A stretch of 63,005 nucleotides of DNA, the filler included, from Chrysochromulina tobinii (lineage: Eukaryota), in NCBI GenBank assembly GCA_001275005.1. It is 3 parts of 3 records of this genome, joined end to end, with 100 filler letters (N's around TTAATTAATTAA, not from the genome) between each part and the next. Parts side by side here need not be neighbours in the genome. Positions count along the whole stretch, not along the records: positions 28,155 to 59,129 come from JWZX01001418.1; 2 more parts are not named here. One strand, written 5' to 3'. Made by a program: the position numbers and the translations under genes. The notes beneath the pieces are model-generated. The model was not told where the DNA came from. It saw nothing but the letters and a program-made list of their open reading frames with translations, and did no database searches. Positions 44,373 through 56,100 of this stretch are shown here, piece after piece. Position 1 is the stretch's first letter. Each line of letters opens with the position of its first letter.

Positions 44373-47290
44373 TTAAGTACTAGGGGGCGTTGCGGGCTTC
44401 GGCTTGCCTGACTTGGGTTTGCTCGGCGGCGGCGCACCCTTCGGCTTCGCCGGCCGTTGGCTGACCTTGCGACGTGCGCCGCCGCTGCGGCTGTTGCGGC
44501 CGTTGCGGCCGTTACTTGAGCCTCGGCCCGCCTGCGCGTCAGCCGTGTTCGTCAGCGCCCGCCACCACCCCCACCAACGGCCGCTCTCCTCCCCTGAGCT
44601 TGGTGCCCCGCGCCTGCCACCGGTGGGCTGCTTCGGCCGCTTGGGTTTGCCTAATTTGGGTTTGCTCGGCGGCGGCGCACCCTTCGGCGTCAACGGCCGT
44701 AGGCTGACCTTGCGACGTGCGCCGCCGCCGCGGCTGTTGCGGCCATTGCGGCCGTTACTTGAGCCTCGGCTCGCTTTCGCAGCCTGCGCGTCAGCCGTGT
44801 TCGTCAGCGCCCGCGCCTGCGCGAGCCGGGTCGTTCCACCAGAGGCCATCAGAGGTCATCAGAGGTCATCAGAGGCCATCATAGGTCATCAGAGGCAATC
44901 AGAGGTCATCAGGGGCCATAAGGCAGCACCTGAGCGAGCCGGAGCGTTTGCACCAAAAGAAGGACGAGGGCCACAGGAGGCGCGAGCTCAATCGAGATGC
45001 GCCCGAGCTCATTCGAGATGCGCCCCAAGCTTGCGCCAAAGCCCTGCAGCGGCGCGCCGAGTTGGGCGGCGGCCTCGGCTCCCCCGGCGGCCATCACGTC
45101 CGAGAGCAACACCCTATTATGGTAATATGGACGGAGAAAAGACCGGAGGAGGTCAGAAGGCACTCAGAAGGCACTCAGAAGGCACTCAGAAGGCACTCAA
45201 TATGCAATGAACACCTTGAGAACGCGAAGACGAAGAGAAGGCCAGCGAGGGCGTCGGCGATCTCCTTCGCGCCAGAAGGCAGCGGGCGACGCAGCAGCCC
45301 CTCAGCGCCCAGCAGCAGCATCTGCCATCCGTCGAGGCCGGGTACCGGTAGGCTGGGCACCAAACAGCGAGGGAGAGAGAGGGTGAGAAGCGACCCGACC
45401 CAAACTCGAGTTTAGTCAGTGTGGTCGATGAGAAAGGAGGGCAATCAGCATGCACTCCGAGAGCACTCCGAGAGCAATCAGCCGCAATCAGAGCGCAATC
45501 AGCATGCACTCCGAGAGCACTCCGAGAGCAATCAGCCGCAATCAGAGCGCAATCAGCATGCACTCCGAGAGCACTCCGCACCTATTGACCACAGCGAGGT
45601 TGAGGGAGAGGATGGCGCCGAATTCGAGTAAGTTGAGGACGTCGAGCGTCGCGAGGTCTGCGCCTGATGAGGGAGGCCCTCGGATGCAATCAGCATGCAC
45701 TCCGTATGCAATTCGAGGCAATCAGCATGCACTCCGAGGCGCACGCACCCATCCGAGCGATGCCCAACGGACCCTTAATGAGGGAGGCAATCAGCATGCA
45801 ATCAGAGCGCAATCAGCACGCAATCAGAGCGCAATCAGCACGCACCCATCCGAGCGATGCCCAACGGACCCTGCAGCTGCGCCGGCGGAGATGCAGATCT
45901 CGCGCCGGGAGATCTCGTGCCGGGGCGCATACCGCTCAGAAGGCTCTCGAAGGCGGAGCTCAGCCCAGATAGAATCTCGCGCGCATCTCGCCAGACGGCG
46001 CGCGCCGCCCTGCTGCACCGCAGGTAGCGGCGCGAGTGGTACGCGACGCACGGAGATGCCGTTACGCGACGACAACTCGACTCCAAGCGTCCTCTGTGGG
46101 GAAGCAGAGGGTGGCAGCCTCACTGTCATCAGCGGCAATCAGAGGTCATCAAGCAGCACCTGAGCGAGGCCGAGGGTTGGCACCCTCAATGTCATCTCCC
46201 GTCCGTCTCGCTCGATGAGGGTGTCAAAGGGGGCGCGAGCGCCCACTGCGGCGCGAATGGCTTCGACCGACGCCTCAATTGACGAAATCGGGGCCACCTC
46301 GAGTGACGAAACCGGAGCCGCTTCGAGTGACGAAATCGGAGCCGCCGCTGCCGCCGCCGTGCCGCCGCGAGCGCTCACGGGAGAGCCTGCCGTACCGGTA
46401 CGTGTGCGCGCTGTCGTGGGCGGCGCTGTCGTGATCGGCGCTGTCGTGGGCGGCAAGGCGCCTGCCGTACCGGTACCCGCCACCGTACCCGCCATAGCGC
46501 GCCTGACGGTGGGCGCTGCGGGACTGTGCGCTGGGATGGGCACCGCGGGAGCGCTGTTTCGGGCACCGAGGGGCATGCCGGGCCGTTGGAGCTTCACATT
46601 CACATTCACAGACCCGATGCTCAGAAGACGATCGCCTGGATGGAATCCGGCAGCCTCGGCTGCGGAGGAGGGGAGCACGCGGCTCACCACGACCGGCTGC
46701 TCGACGGGTAGGGGCACCCCGAGTGTCCCGGCCGCGGCCACGAGCAGTGTGAACGAGAGGATGACGTTCGCAACCACGCCTGCGCCGACGACGAGAGCTC
46801 GCTCGCGCAGCGGTCGGTTCTCTAGCAGATCGGGCCCGTCCTCGACCTGTAGCGCCGGATCGAGTGGCTCGCCCGGCTCGAGCAGCTTGCGCTCCTCGAG
46901 CTGCGTGCGGTTCAGCAGCCGCGGGAAGCTCACGTAGCCGCCAATGGGCAGCGCGCGCAGGGTGTACGAGATGCCGTTGGCCGCGGTCTTCTTGAGCAGC
47001 GGCGGGCCGAAGCCGATGGAGAACTCGGACACGCGGATGCCCTGCCAGCGTGCGGCCGCAAAGTGCCCTAGCTCGTGGATCACCACGACGGCCGTCAGCG
47101 TGGCCAGCCCGGCGATGGGCGCGAACTGAGCGGGCAGGCCGATGGCGAGTGGAGGGCGGCTGCGCCGCGGCAGCCGCGAGGGTGGGCGGTGGTGCGGCAG
47201 CGGCGGCTGGAGCGATTGTCTCAACAACGGCTGAAGTGGAGAGTGAAAGGAAAGAACGGCGATGAGGACTGCGGAACTGGCTGCCGACAT
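44373..47290 (-). CDS. M50 intramembrane zinc metalloprotease with PDZ (RseP/ARASP-like, probably plastid-targeted), 5 introns, apparent frameshift at 46008-46010
   Basis: IHELGHF, FSIGFGP, LRALPIGGYV, GPLGIARMG and LSLNLAVVN|SLPVPGLDG. Introns lie at 46159-46094, 45845-45664, about 45582-45353, about 45215-45114 and 44929-44817. Confidence 0.9.
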
Positions 47291-47476
47291 GATCGTGAAT
47301 GGGTGGTTACGCATCTGAAACTTGATCAGGTAAATTATCTGATCGTGGAAGAAGCCATGTGCTAGAAATCGCAGCGAGAGCAGGTTTTGATCGCCGCTGA
47401 CGTGTCGACGAGTGGGGATTCTCTTGCCCAGAATGGAGACCATCTTTTCCTCTCTCCTCCCCTCTCTGAGAGCAGT

Positions 47477-49876
47477 ATGTGCAGGCGGAGCTCAAGACGA
47501 CCTCGAGACCCTTCGCCGGTCGCTCGTACCGGAGTCGTCTTGAGCAAGACGCCCTCGATGGGGACGCACGTTCTGGTAGGTCGCACACAGAGCACGGTGA
47601 ACCCCGCCGACCCCAAGGTGCTTCAGGACGGCGAGCAGTTTGGCAGCCCATCTGGCTCCCCTCCATCGGTGAGGGTGCGCGTGTGCGTGCTGAATATCTA
47701 CGAGGTCAACGCGCAAGAACGTACGTGGCAAGGCAAGATTCATCTGGAAGCGTCCTGGCACGACCCGACACTGTGGCGTGACAAGCGAGAGCACGAGGAG
47801 TGGCCGGACCCGGACGCGGATCTCTGGCCGCAGCAGTGCCCGTTTGTTGCGGGCCAAAATAAGCGCTGGACGCCGCGGCTGGAGATTGAGAACTGTCGTC
47901 GGGATTTTTCACGAGAGACGTGGTTTAAGGTTTACTACAAGGGCAAGCAAGTCGACGAGGAGGGTCGCGAGAGGATCATTCATCTCGACTGGCCGGTGGT
48001 CGAATACAATCTGGTGATCCGCGGCATGTTCACGTTCGAGTTCCAGCCCCACAGATTCCCCTTTGATGTGCAAGAGCTGCCCGTGAGGGTCCGTAGCAAT
48101 CGAAGTATCCCCTCGAAAGACGCATCGAGCACGAGCGAGTCGGTCCGGCACTTTGCTCACATTTGCCTCGACGAGCGCAAAGGTCATCCTTCCAAGGTTC
48201 TGAGCCACTGATGGCACTGCTGGCCATTGATGGGCATTTCCCCTTGTTTGCCTCCTTCATGCCCTCTCTCTCTCTCTCTCTCTCTTGAAGCACGGCAACC
48301 TGCTCGCGGGCGCATGGGATCGAATGGCACCTTATGTCGCCTGATTGCACTCCCTCATTAGGTACTGAAGCACGGCAACCTGCTCGCGGACGAATGGGAT
48401 CTCGACGGTACACTTTGGCTGAGTGAGGGGAGGACGTTGCAGCGCTCGCACTTCGAGTACCCAGTCGTTGAGTTCAAGGTGAACTCGAAGGCAACGAATT
48501 GCCGCTAGTGCAACGGATTGCCATTGACGAATTGCCGCTAGTGCAACGGATTGCCATTGACGAATTGCCGCCAGTGCAACGGATGGCCATTGACGAATTG
48601 CCGCTAGTGCAACGGATTGCCATTGACGAATTGCCGCTAGTGCAACGAATTGTCGCGAGTGCAACGGATTGCCGCTGAGCAGGCGTCCAGTTTGATTGCC
48701 GCTGATAGTAACGCCTCCCTCCTCAGGTTCGGCTCCACTGAAGATGATTGGCACTGATGAGCTTCTGATGAGCCTCTGATGACGTCTGATGGCCTCCCTC
48801 CTCAGGTTCGGCTCCACCGGCGCGCCGGCTTCTACGTGTACTCAATCTGGCTGCCCAACTTTCTGCTCGTGACGCTCGCCTTCCTTGTGCTCAAGCTCGA
48901 GCCTGAGGAAGTTCAAGATTACGACCGTGAGATGATCGATCATCCTAACTTCCGCTTTGATCGTCAACCGCTCGTCAATGAGCGCGTGACGCTCGTCACC
49001 ACGCTGCTCCTCGCGTCGGCCGGTTACCGTGCCAACATCGATCTCCCGCGCACCCCGACGTTCTCCTGGCTCGAAGCCTACCTGCTCGTGTGCATCGGCG
49101 CACTCTTCTTGCTAGCCCTCTTCTCCTATGGTCCGCTGATGACCTCTGATGACCTCTGATGGCCTCTGATGGCCTCTGATGACCTCTGATGACTTCTTAC
49201 GAGTACAACCTGTGATGACCTCTGATGAGCAGAAATCTTCGGCAAAGCCAAGCTCGAAACCGACAACATCCTGAAAATTTCGGCGCCCTTCCTCGTCGTT
49301 CTGGGTATCTGGGGCATCTGCAGAGATCAGCTTGTGTACCAATGCAGACTCTCCTTTGCCGGCACGAATACTCTCTTATTTACGTGCGTCTTCTGGCTGA
49401 TCGCTATCATCGGTCTTGCGCTCTGGCACCAAACAACCGACACCATCCTGAGCATGGCGGGGCCCTTTCTCGTCGTCCAGGGTATCTGGTGCATCTGCCG
49501 GGCTCAGCTTGTGTCGAAAAGGTTTACTGCGATCTTCTGGTCGATCGCTCTCTTCGGTCTTTGGGCCTGGCACCGTCAGTCCGATTTCTTGGTCTCGACG
49601 GTGCGGAAGAGTATCGACAGCCCGGCCGAATTCTGCTTCTTTCTTTGGATCGTGCTCAACATCGTCTTCTTCCTCCTCTACTGCGAGCGCTGCAGCTGGC
49701 TGCAGCCGCAGCCTCACAGCACACCCGAGGATGGGTGTTTCCTCGAGCCGCCGAGGCCGATCACGTCAGCCCTCGAGATCGCAAACGGGCCGATGGTAGC
49801 CGGGGCGCTCGCACTGTCGCCAGCCCCGCAAGCACGAGCGGCGACCTCGCCAGCGCGCGGGGGGGTCAGCCGGTGA
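47477..49876 (+). CDS. Cys-less pentameric ligand-gated ion channel subunit with extra C-terminal TM helices, 3 introns
   Basis: HLEASWHDP, WTPRLEIEN, HRFPFDVQEL, LHRRAGFYVYSIWLP, ERVTLVTTLLL and LPRTPTFSWLEAY. Introns 48197-48361, 48479-48805 and 49131-49232 restore the frame. Confidence 0.85.
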
Positions 49877-50549
49877 CACGCCCAACGGGGACACGCCCAT
49901 TACGGCGCCACGTGTGCCCAAGACGGCGCCATCTGTGTCGCCGGTGACACGTCCAACGCCACGTGCGCCGCGAGATCCGTGCGGTCCACCAAGGGAACAC
50001 CAACACGATGGCATGTGCACACGTGCTTCTCTTACACTGTAGTGTACCATGCACGTCGCGCTTCGGGGGTCTGTCATGTTTTGCTTCGTGGGCTGACGGC
50101 GGTGTGCGCCTATCGGCGAATCGGCCGGCGCGGGGTTCTTCTTCTTGCGATTGGGGACTCGGCGTCGGGTGTGGACTGAGTGAGCGGGCAGAACAGTCCG
50201 GCGCAGCGCTCGGTGCGGGTCGGAAGTTCCGTCTTCCGAGCTTCCGTGTTCCGACCGTCGGAGGTCCCGTTCGGTTCGCATATCCGCTTTATTTAACATC
50301 GTATCGTATTTAATTTTGTTATCCGGATACGACCCAACACCTTCACGAACATGAGTGGCTGAGAAGCGAGCTGCCTGTCCCGTCTGGAAACGGCTTCAAA
50401 CGTTAACGTGTAAACTGAGTCGCAGGTCGTTCTTGGTGGCGTACTTGGTGGCGCCTTTAACGACTCGACATGTATTGTGGAATCTGCCGTGGCGGGCTTG
50501 GATGACTGGATGCCGCGGCTGCGCATAGTATTCACACAACAGTCTTGTT

Positions 50550-50668
50550 CTCAGCTCGGCGCCAGTCCGAGCCCTCCTCCTCCCACGTGCTCAGCTCGGC
50601 GCCAGTCCGAGCCCTCCTCCTCCCACGTGCTCAGCTCGGCGCCAGTCCGAGCCCTCCTCCTCCCACGT
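50550..50668. repeat. 40-nt tandem repeat x3 spanning the stop of the Agenet gene
   Basis: tcagctcggcgccagtccgagccctcctcctcccacgtg(c) occurs three times. Confidence 0.9.
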
Positions 50669-52846
50669 GAACCAGTCAAGCCACTCGTCGGAGCCATCAG
50701 GGAGCACGATGCGTGCCTGGAACATGCCGTCGACGAGCATCACGACCACCTGCGACGCGATCCAGCTTGGAGGACTCTCCTCCTTGACAGCCACCTCCAC
50801 TTCGATCCAGTCGCCCTCTCGAGGCCAGACCCACCCCGCGGGCGGCCGAGGCCGTGCAGGCGGCTGCGGCTCGGCAGCCTTCTGCTTCTTGGCTGTCGTT
50901 GTCTCTCCCGTGATCGCCCCTCCTGCCGCCCTCGCCACATCGCGCCCCTCGGCGGTCAGGCTGTACTTTGCGCCCTCCTGAGTCCAGAGCGGCACCGCAA
51001 AGTTCTTCTCCTTACCGAGAACGGTCACCACGTCAGAGCGCTTCCACTCTCGCACCCTAGCAACCCGTGTGAAAAGATCGTCGCGATCTTCCACCCCAGC
51101 GCACAGCGCGCTGAAGATGTCACGCCGCAGAGAGCCTTCCCGTGGAAGGGCCGCCGCGTCGTCGTCCCCCCGCGTCCGCTTGGCCGCCTTGGACTCCTTG
51201 GCCTTCTCGGCCTCTCTCGCGGTGGCAGCTGCGACCTTTGCGGCCTTCTCGGCCGCCTTGGCCGCCTTAGCCTCCGCCTTGGCCGCCGCCTCCGCCGCCG
51301 CCAGCTCGGCCGCCGCAAGGAGCTCCTCCTCGTCCACCGCGAGCTCCTCCTCGTCCCCCTCTCCGCCCAATTGATAGGACGTCTCGCCTACCTTGCACTT
51401 GAACCCGAAGGGCGCGAGCGCGAGCCAGTTCGTATTGTCGACGAGCACGAGCTTCGGGCGCAGCTTCGCGGCGCCCACTCGCACCGCGATCTCGCTGTAG
51501 ATCTCGCTGTAGACCTCGTACGTGACGATCGGCATCGTCTTGCTCTTGGCATGCCGATCAAGGACGGTCACATCCCACCAGCCGTCATTGTGCCACAGCT
51601 CGCAGGCGACGCCGCGCCTGAGCCGGTTCGCGAAGCCAGTGACCTTGGGAGGCACAGGGCGCACCCACGTGGCCGCGAGGCCTTCTTCGACCAGCGGCTG
51701 CCCAGCGTCGTCAAGGAGCTCATCGTAGCGCACGCTCAGTTTCGTCAAGGAGCTCGCACGCTCGCGAGCTGCGACGGAGATCTCGCGAGCTGCGGCGGAG
51801 ATCGCTTCGGACGCCTTCGCGGCCGCGGGGGACTCTTGTGACGCGGGCGCATCGGCGCTCGGCCGACTGGATGGGATCACAGGCTCGAGCGTCGTATCGG
51901 GCACTGGCTCGGCCTCCGCGAGCGTCGTATCGAGCACTGGCTCGGCCTCCGCGAGCGTTGTATCGGGCGCCCTCACGGTCGCCGTGTCGGTCGAGGGGGC
52001 CGAGGCGGAGGCCGCCCCACCGCTCACGCGCCGCGAGCGTTTCGAGGGAGAGAGCGACTCGCAGTGCGGTGCCTCGGCCATCGCCGCCTCGCTCCCCAAT
52101 CCAGCTTTGCTACCGGTAACAGTGCCCCCCTCTTCCCCCTCGTCCCCCTCCACAGTGTCGACCGAGACGACGGTCGCCGTGTAGCGCGATCCGTGCAGGC
52201 CGTCATCGTGCATGAGGACCTCGACGCGGGCGCCCTGGTGGAGCCACGCAGGCCTCGCCGACGGTGCGTCGGGGCTCTCGAGACTCGCGAGACCCCCATC
52301 CGAGACCCCCACCGACGACGAGAACAAGTACTGCTGAAAGAGGATGAGCTTGCCGATGGGGTGGTTGAGGTGCCAGCCGCCCTTGTCGGCGCCATTGCCG
52401 CGGGACACGCCAAACTTCGAGGCCGCCTCGTCTTTGAGCGCGACGAGATCGTCCGCGATCGATACGGCGCGGCCCTCAAACGCCAGGCCGTAGCCATGCA
52501 AGTACACGCCTCGGCCGCTTGCAAGCTCCTCAACGCGCTTCATGGTCGTGTCGGCGTTCAGCTGGGAGACCTGGCCACGCAGCCACACCTCGAACCGCTC
52601 CATCCACTGGTGCGCACGCGACAGCGCCGCGCGCTGCGCTTCGGTGAGCCGCTCGGGCTCTGCCTTTTGCTTCTTTGCTGCATTCTGCTTCATTGAGGCC
52701 GCTGAAGCGCTTGCCTGCTTGGTGCTCTTCGGGGCAAACCGCATCTGCTCCGCCTCGGTTTCCAAGCCCAACGCGACGAGCATGCGCTTGTTCTCGGCGA
52801 TTTTCTTCAGGCGCTCCAGCTCATAATCTGACAAGTCCATAAGCAT
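50591..52846 (-). CDS. Chromatin protein with Agenet/Tudor-like domains
   Basis: LSDYELERLKKIAENKRML N-terminal motif. GARVEVLMHDDGLHGSRYTATVV..VRYDEL..VRPVPP..CELWHNDGWW is a tandem Agenet pattern, and there is a C-terminal Tudor-like EGDWIEVEV. Confidence 0.75.
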   Translation of the reverse strand: MLMDLSDYELERLKKIAENKRMLVALGLETEAEQMRFAPKSTKQASASAASMKQNAAKKQKAEPERLTEAQRAALSRAHQWMERFEVWLRGQVSQLNADTTMKRVEELASGRGVYLHGYGLAFEGRAVSIADDLVALKDEAASKFGVSRGNGADKGGWHLNHPIGKLILFQQYLFSSSVGVSDGGLASLESPDAPSARPAWLHQGARVEVLMHDDGLHGSRYTATVVSVDTVEGDEGEEGGTVTGSKAGLGSEAAMAEAPHCESLSPSKRSRRVSGGAASASAPSTDTATVRAPDTTLAEAEPVLDTTLAEAEPVPDTTLEPVIPSSRPSADAPASQESPAAAKASEAISAAAREISVAARERASSLTKLSVRYDELLDDAGQPLVEEGLAATWVRPVPPKVTGFANRLRRGVACELWHNDGWWDVTVLDRHAKSKTMPIVTYEVYSEIYSEIAVRVGAAKLRPKLVLVDNTNWLALAPFGFKCKVGETSYQLGGEGDEEELAVDEEELLAAAELAAAEAAAKAEAKAAKAAEKAAKVAAATAREAEKAKESKAAKRTRGDDDAAALPREGSLRRDIFSALCAGVEDRDDLFTRVARVREWKRSDVVTVLGKEKNFAVPLWTQEGAKYSLTAEGRDVARAAGGAITGETTTAKKQKAAEPQPPARPRPPAGWVWPREGDWIEVEVAVKEESPPSWIASQVVVMLVDGMFQARIVLPDGSDEWLDWFTWEEEGSDWRRAEHVGGGGLGLAPS

Positions 52847-53119
52847 TCCGGAAGGTGTGGCCCGCTTTCTTTTGCCGTTGGAGGGCGATCGAAGCTTTTT
52901 CGCGGGCCTCTCTTTCACATCTCTAAAGTCAGCTCAAAGATGTTTTTTTAACGGTGCTTATCCAGAGCTTAAAGGTAGTTTCTAAACTACCCATAAACTA
53001 CGGTCGGTACCTTGTGTGTCGATTCAACTGACCCTTTCTCAAACTACCTAAGATGAGCCTGCACGTTCAGTCTAATCTTCCTTCTCAAAAGAAGAAGCTA
53101 GGAAATAGTGATAGAGGTC

Positions 53120-56100
53120 TCAGCTGATCTGCCCGAGCGCGCCCAGGAGCACGCGCGTGAACTCGCCGTAGCTCACGCGCTCATGCGTGAGCCGGCCGAG
53201 GGAGGCAAGCAGCGCGTTCACCTCCGCGTCGCTCCGATGCAAGCCGAGGCTCAGGAGTACCAGCTCGATCTCGGCACTCGAGATCGAGTCGGTCGAACTA
53301 TCCGCGAAGAGCTCAAAGGCGGCGCGCGCCTCGCCCGAGAGATTCGCCGAGATATTGCCCGGGATCAGAGCCCCCGTTCCGGCGAGGTTCGTCACTGCGG
53401 CGTGCGCGGTCGCGGGGACGCCATCAGTGCTGGCGAGGACGCCATCGGTGCTGGCGAGGACGCCATCAGTGCTGGCGAGGACGCCATCGGTGCTGGCGAG
53501 GACGCCATCGGTGCTGGCGAGGACGCCATCGGTGCTGGCGAGGACGCCATCAGTGCTGGCGAGGACGCCATCAGTGCTGGCGAGGACGCCATCGGTGCTG
53601 GCGAGGACGCCATCGGTGCTGGCGAGGACGCCATCAGTGCTGGCGAGGACGCCATCAGTGCTGGCGAGGACGCCATCGGTGCTGGCGAGGACGGCACAGA
53701 GGCGGCTGAGTGTCTCCGAGCTCACGATGACCTCCGCCAAGGGCTCTGCTTCGGAACTTGAGGCGCCGCCGATTGTACCAGCAGCGGGGAAACCACCAGT
53801 GGGGAAACCACCAGTGGGGAAACCACCAGTGGGGAAACCACCAGTGGGGAAACCACCAGTGGGGAAACCACCAGTGGGGAAACCACCAGTGGGATAGCCG
53901 TCTGTGGGGAAACCGTTTGGAGGGCGAGCAGCGAGGCCGAGGGCGGCCAGCAGGGGCTTCAGCTGGCTAATGGGGGGGCTCATTAGGCCGAGAGTGGCCT
54001 GGATGACGTGTGGAACGTCCGCCACTGGGACACCGGCGCAGCTGAAGCCGCCACCGAAGCCCCTGTTCACACCGAAGCCCCTGTTCACACCGAAGCCCCT
54101 GTTCACACCGAAGCCCCTGGCGCCGCTGCCGCCATTGGACACCAGATTCGCCAGAGCGACGGCTGCGTAAGCCTTGGCTTGAGCGTCGCCGTCGCGAGCC
54201 AGCGCCGCGAGCGCCTCGATGCCACCCGCCGCCGCGATGGCCTCCAGGTGAGTAGACTTGCCGTGTGAAAGGTACGCGAGCGCCGCGGCTGCGTACGCCC
54301 TCCCTTGCGCGTCGCCCTCGCCAGACAGCGCCGTGGTGAGCGTCTCTATGCCGCCTGCCGCCACAATCGCCGGATGGTGGGCCTGCGCGCACGCCAGGCT
54401 CGCCAGCGCGCCGGCCGCGTTGACCCTCCCTTGAGCATCGCCATTTCGAGCGAGCACCACCAGCGTCTCGATGCCGCCTGCCGCCGCGATCGCCTCCCGA
54501 AAGGCATCATCGGTCGCCAGGTTGATCAACGCTCCAGCGGCGTACGCTTGCCCTTGGGGCTCACCGTGGCGAGCCAGCGCTACCAGCGCCTCAATCCCGC
54601 CCGCCGCTGCAATCGCCGTCCGGTTCGCCTCGTCGAGCGCGAGGTTCGTCAAAGCCCCACCGCTGTTCGAGGCGCCCTGCGCGTTGGCGCCGTCGCACGC
54701 GAGCGTGACGAGCGCCTCGATGGCGCCTGCCGCCACGATGACCTGACGGTTCGCCTGCACGCACGCCAGGCTGCCCAGCGCGCCAGCCGCGTTGGATTTG
54801 CCTTCCGCGTCGCCGTCACGAGCGAGCTCGACGAGCGCCTCGATGCCGCCCGCCGCACCGATCGCTTCCCGAAGGGCATCCTCCTGTGCCAAGTTGAGCA
54901 GCGCCCCAGCGGCATTCGTCTTGCAGAGGGTGTCGCCTTCCAAATTGGGGAGATCCGGTTGCCTAATTAGGAGCGCCACGAGTGCCTCGATGCCGCCCGC
55001 CGACGCGATCGCGGAGCGACCCTCACCTGATGAAGGAGGCAATCAGCACGCACTCAGAGAGGCACGCAGCATGCAATCAGGCCGCCGCAATTGCGGAGCG
55101 ACCCTCACCATCGAGGGCCTGATGAAAGAGGCAATCAGCATGCAATCGCGGGAGCGACCCTCACCATCGAGGGCCTGATGAAAGAGGCAATCAGCATGCA
55201 CTCGCGGGAGCGACCCTCACCATCAAGGGCCTGATGAAAGAGGCAATCAGCATGCAATCGCGGGAGCGACCCTCACCATCGAGGGCCAGAGTCGCCAATG
55301 CGTGCGCCGCCCTCGCCTGACCCTCCACGTCGCCCCCTCGAGTGAGCGCGACGAGGCCAGAGGCCACCGCAGAGGCCGTGCCGGCGTCGAGGCCGTCGGC
55401 GGAGGCCAGGGCTGAGGGGGAGAGCGCTCGGGACGGCGCTGAGGTGGGGAGCGACGGCCATTCAAAGCGCCGTCCCGAGCGCTGGCCTCTGGCAGAGGTG
55501 GAGGTGGAGGTGGAGAGCGACCTCTGCCAGCCCTGCCGCGCCAGATTAGGATTGTCAGACAGAGTTTCCATATTAGGATTGTCAGAATTAGTTGCCAGAT
55601 TAGGATCGGTAAGCCTTCGCCTCGATCGAACCAACAACATGCTTGTCATCGCCTCAAGCTCTTCGCTGGCGCGTTGGGCGCCGTCAGGACTAGCTCTGCC
55701 GTCACCTCCGGCGCCATCGGAAGGAGAGCTCGCCTCAAAGGCGCGCATGGCGAGCTCCAATCGAGCCACAGCCGCGGGCGGAAGCGGACGCGCACACGCG
55801 AGCGCCGTGCGCGCCGTAATGAGCGCATCGATCTCCGAGTCGGCATGCGGGGGCGGTGGCAGCGGCGGCGCGGCGCACAGCTGCAAGAAGTGCGAAAAGG
55901 AGAGCAGCGCGGCGGGAGGAGCGGTTGCGGCGGCGCTAGCGCTGCTGCCGACAACCACGGCGGCGGTCTCTAAGGGGCTCGCGTCGTGATGGGCGGTCTC
56001 AAAGGGGCCCGCGTCGTGATGGGCGGTCTCAAAGGGGCCCGCGTCGTGATGGGCGGTCTCAAAGGGGCTCGCGTCGTGATGGGCGAGGGCCGCCGCATGC

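Noticed and set aside
45419..45972. ORFs reading MREAISMQS / EVIRGHQR / HSESTPRAISRNQS
   Set aside because: They are antisense translations of the intronic repeats, not proteins.
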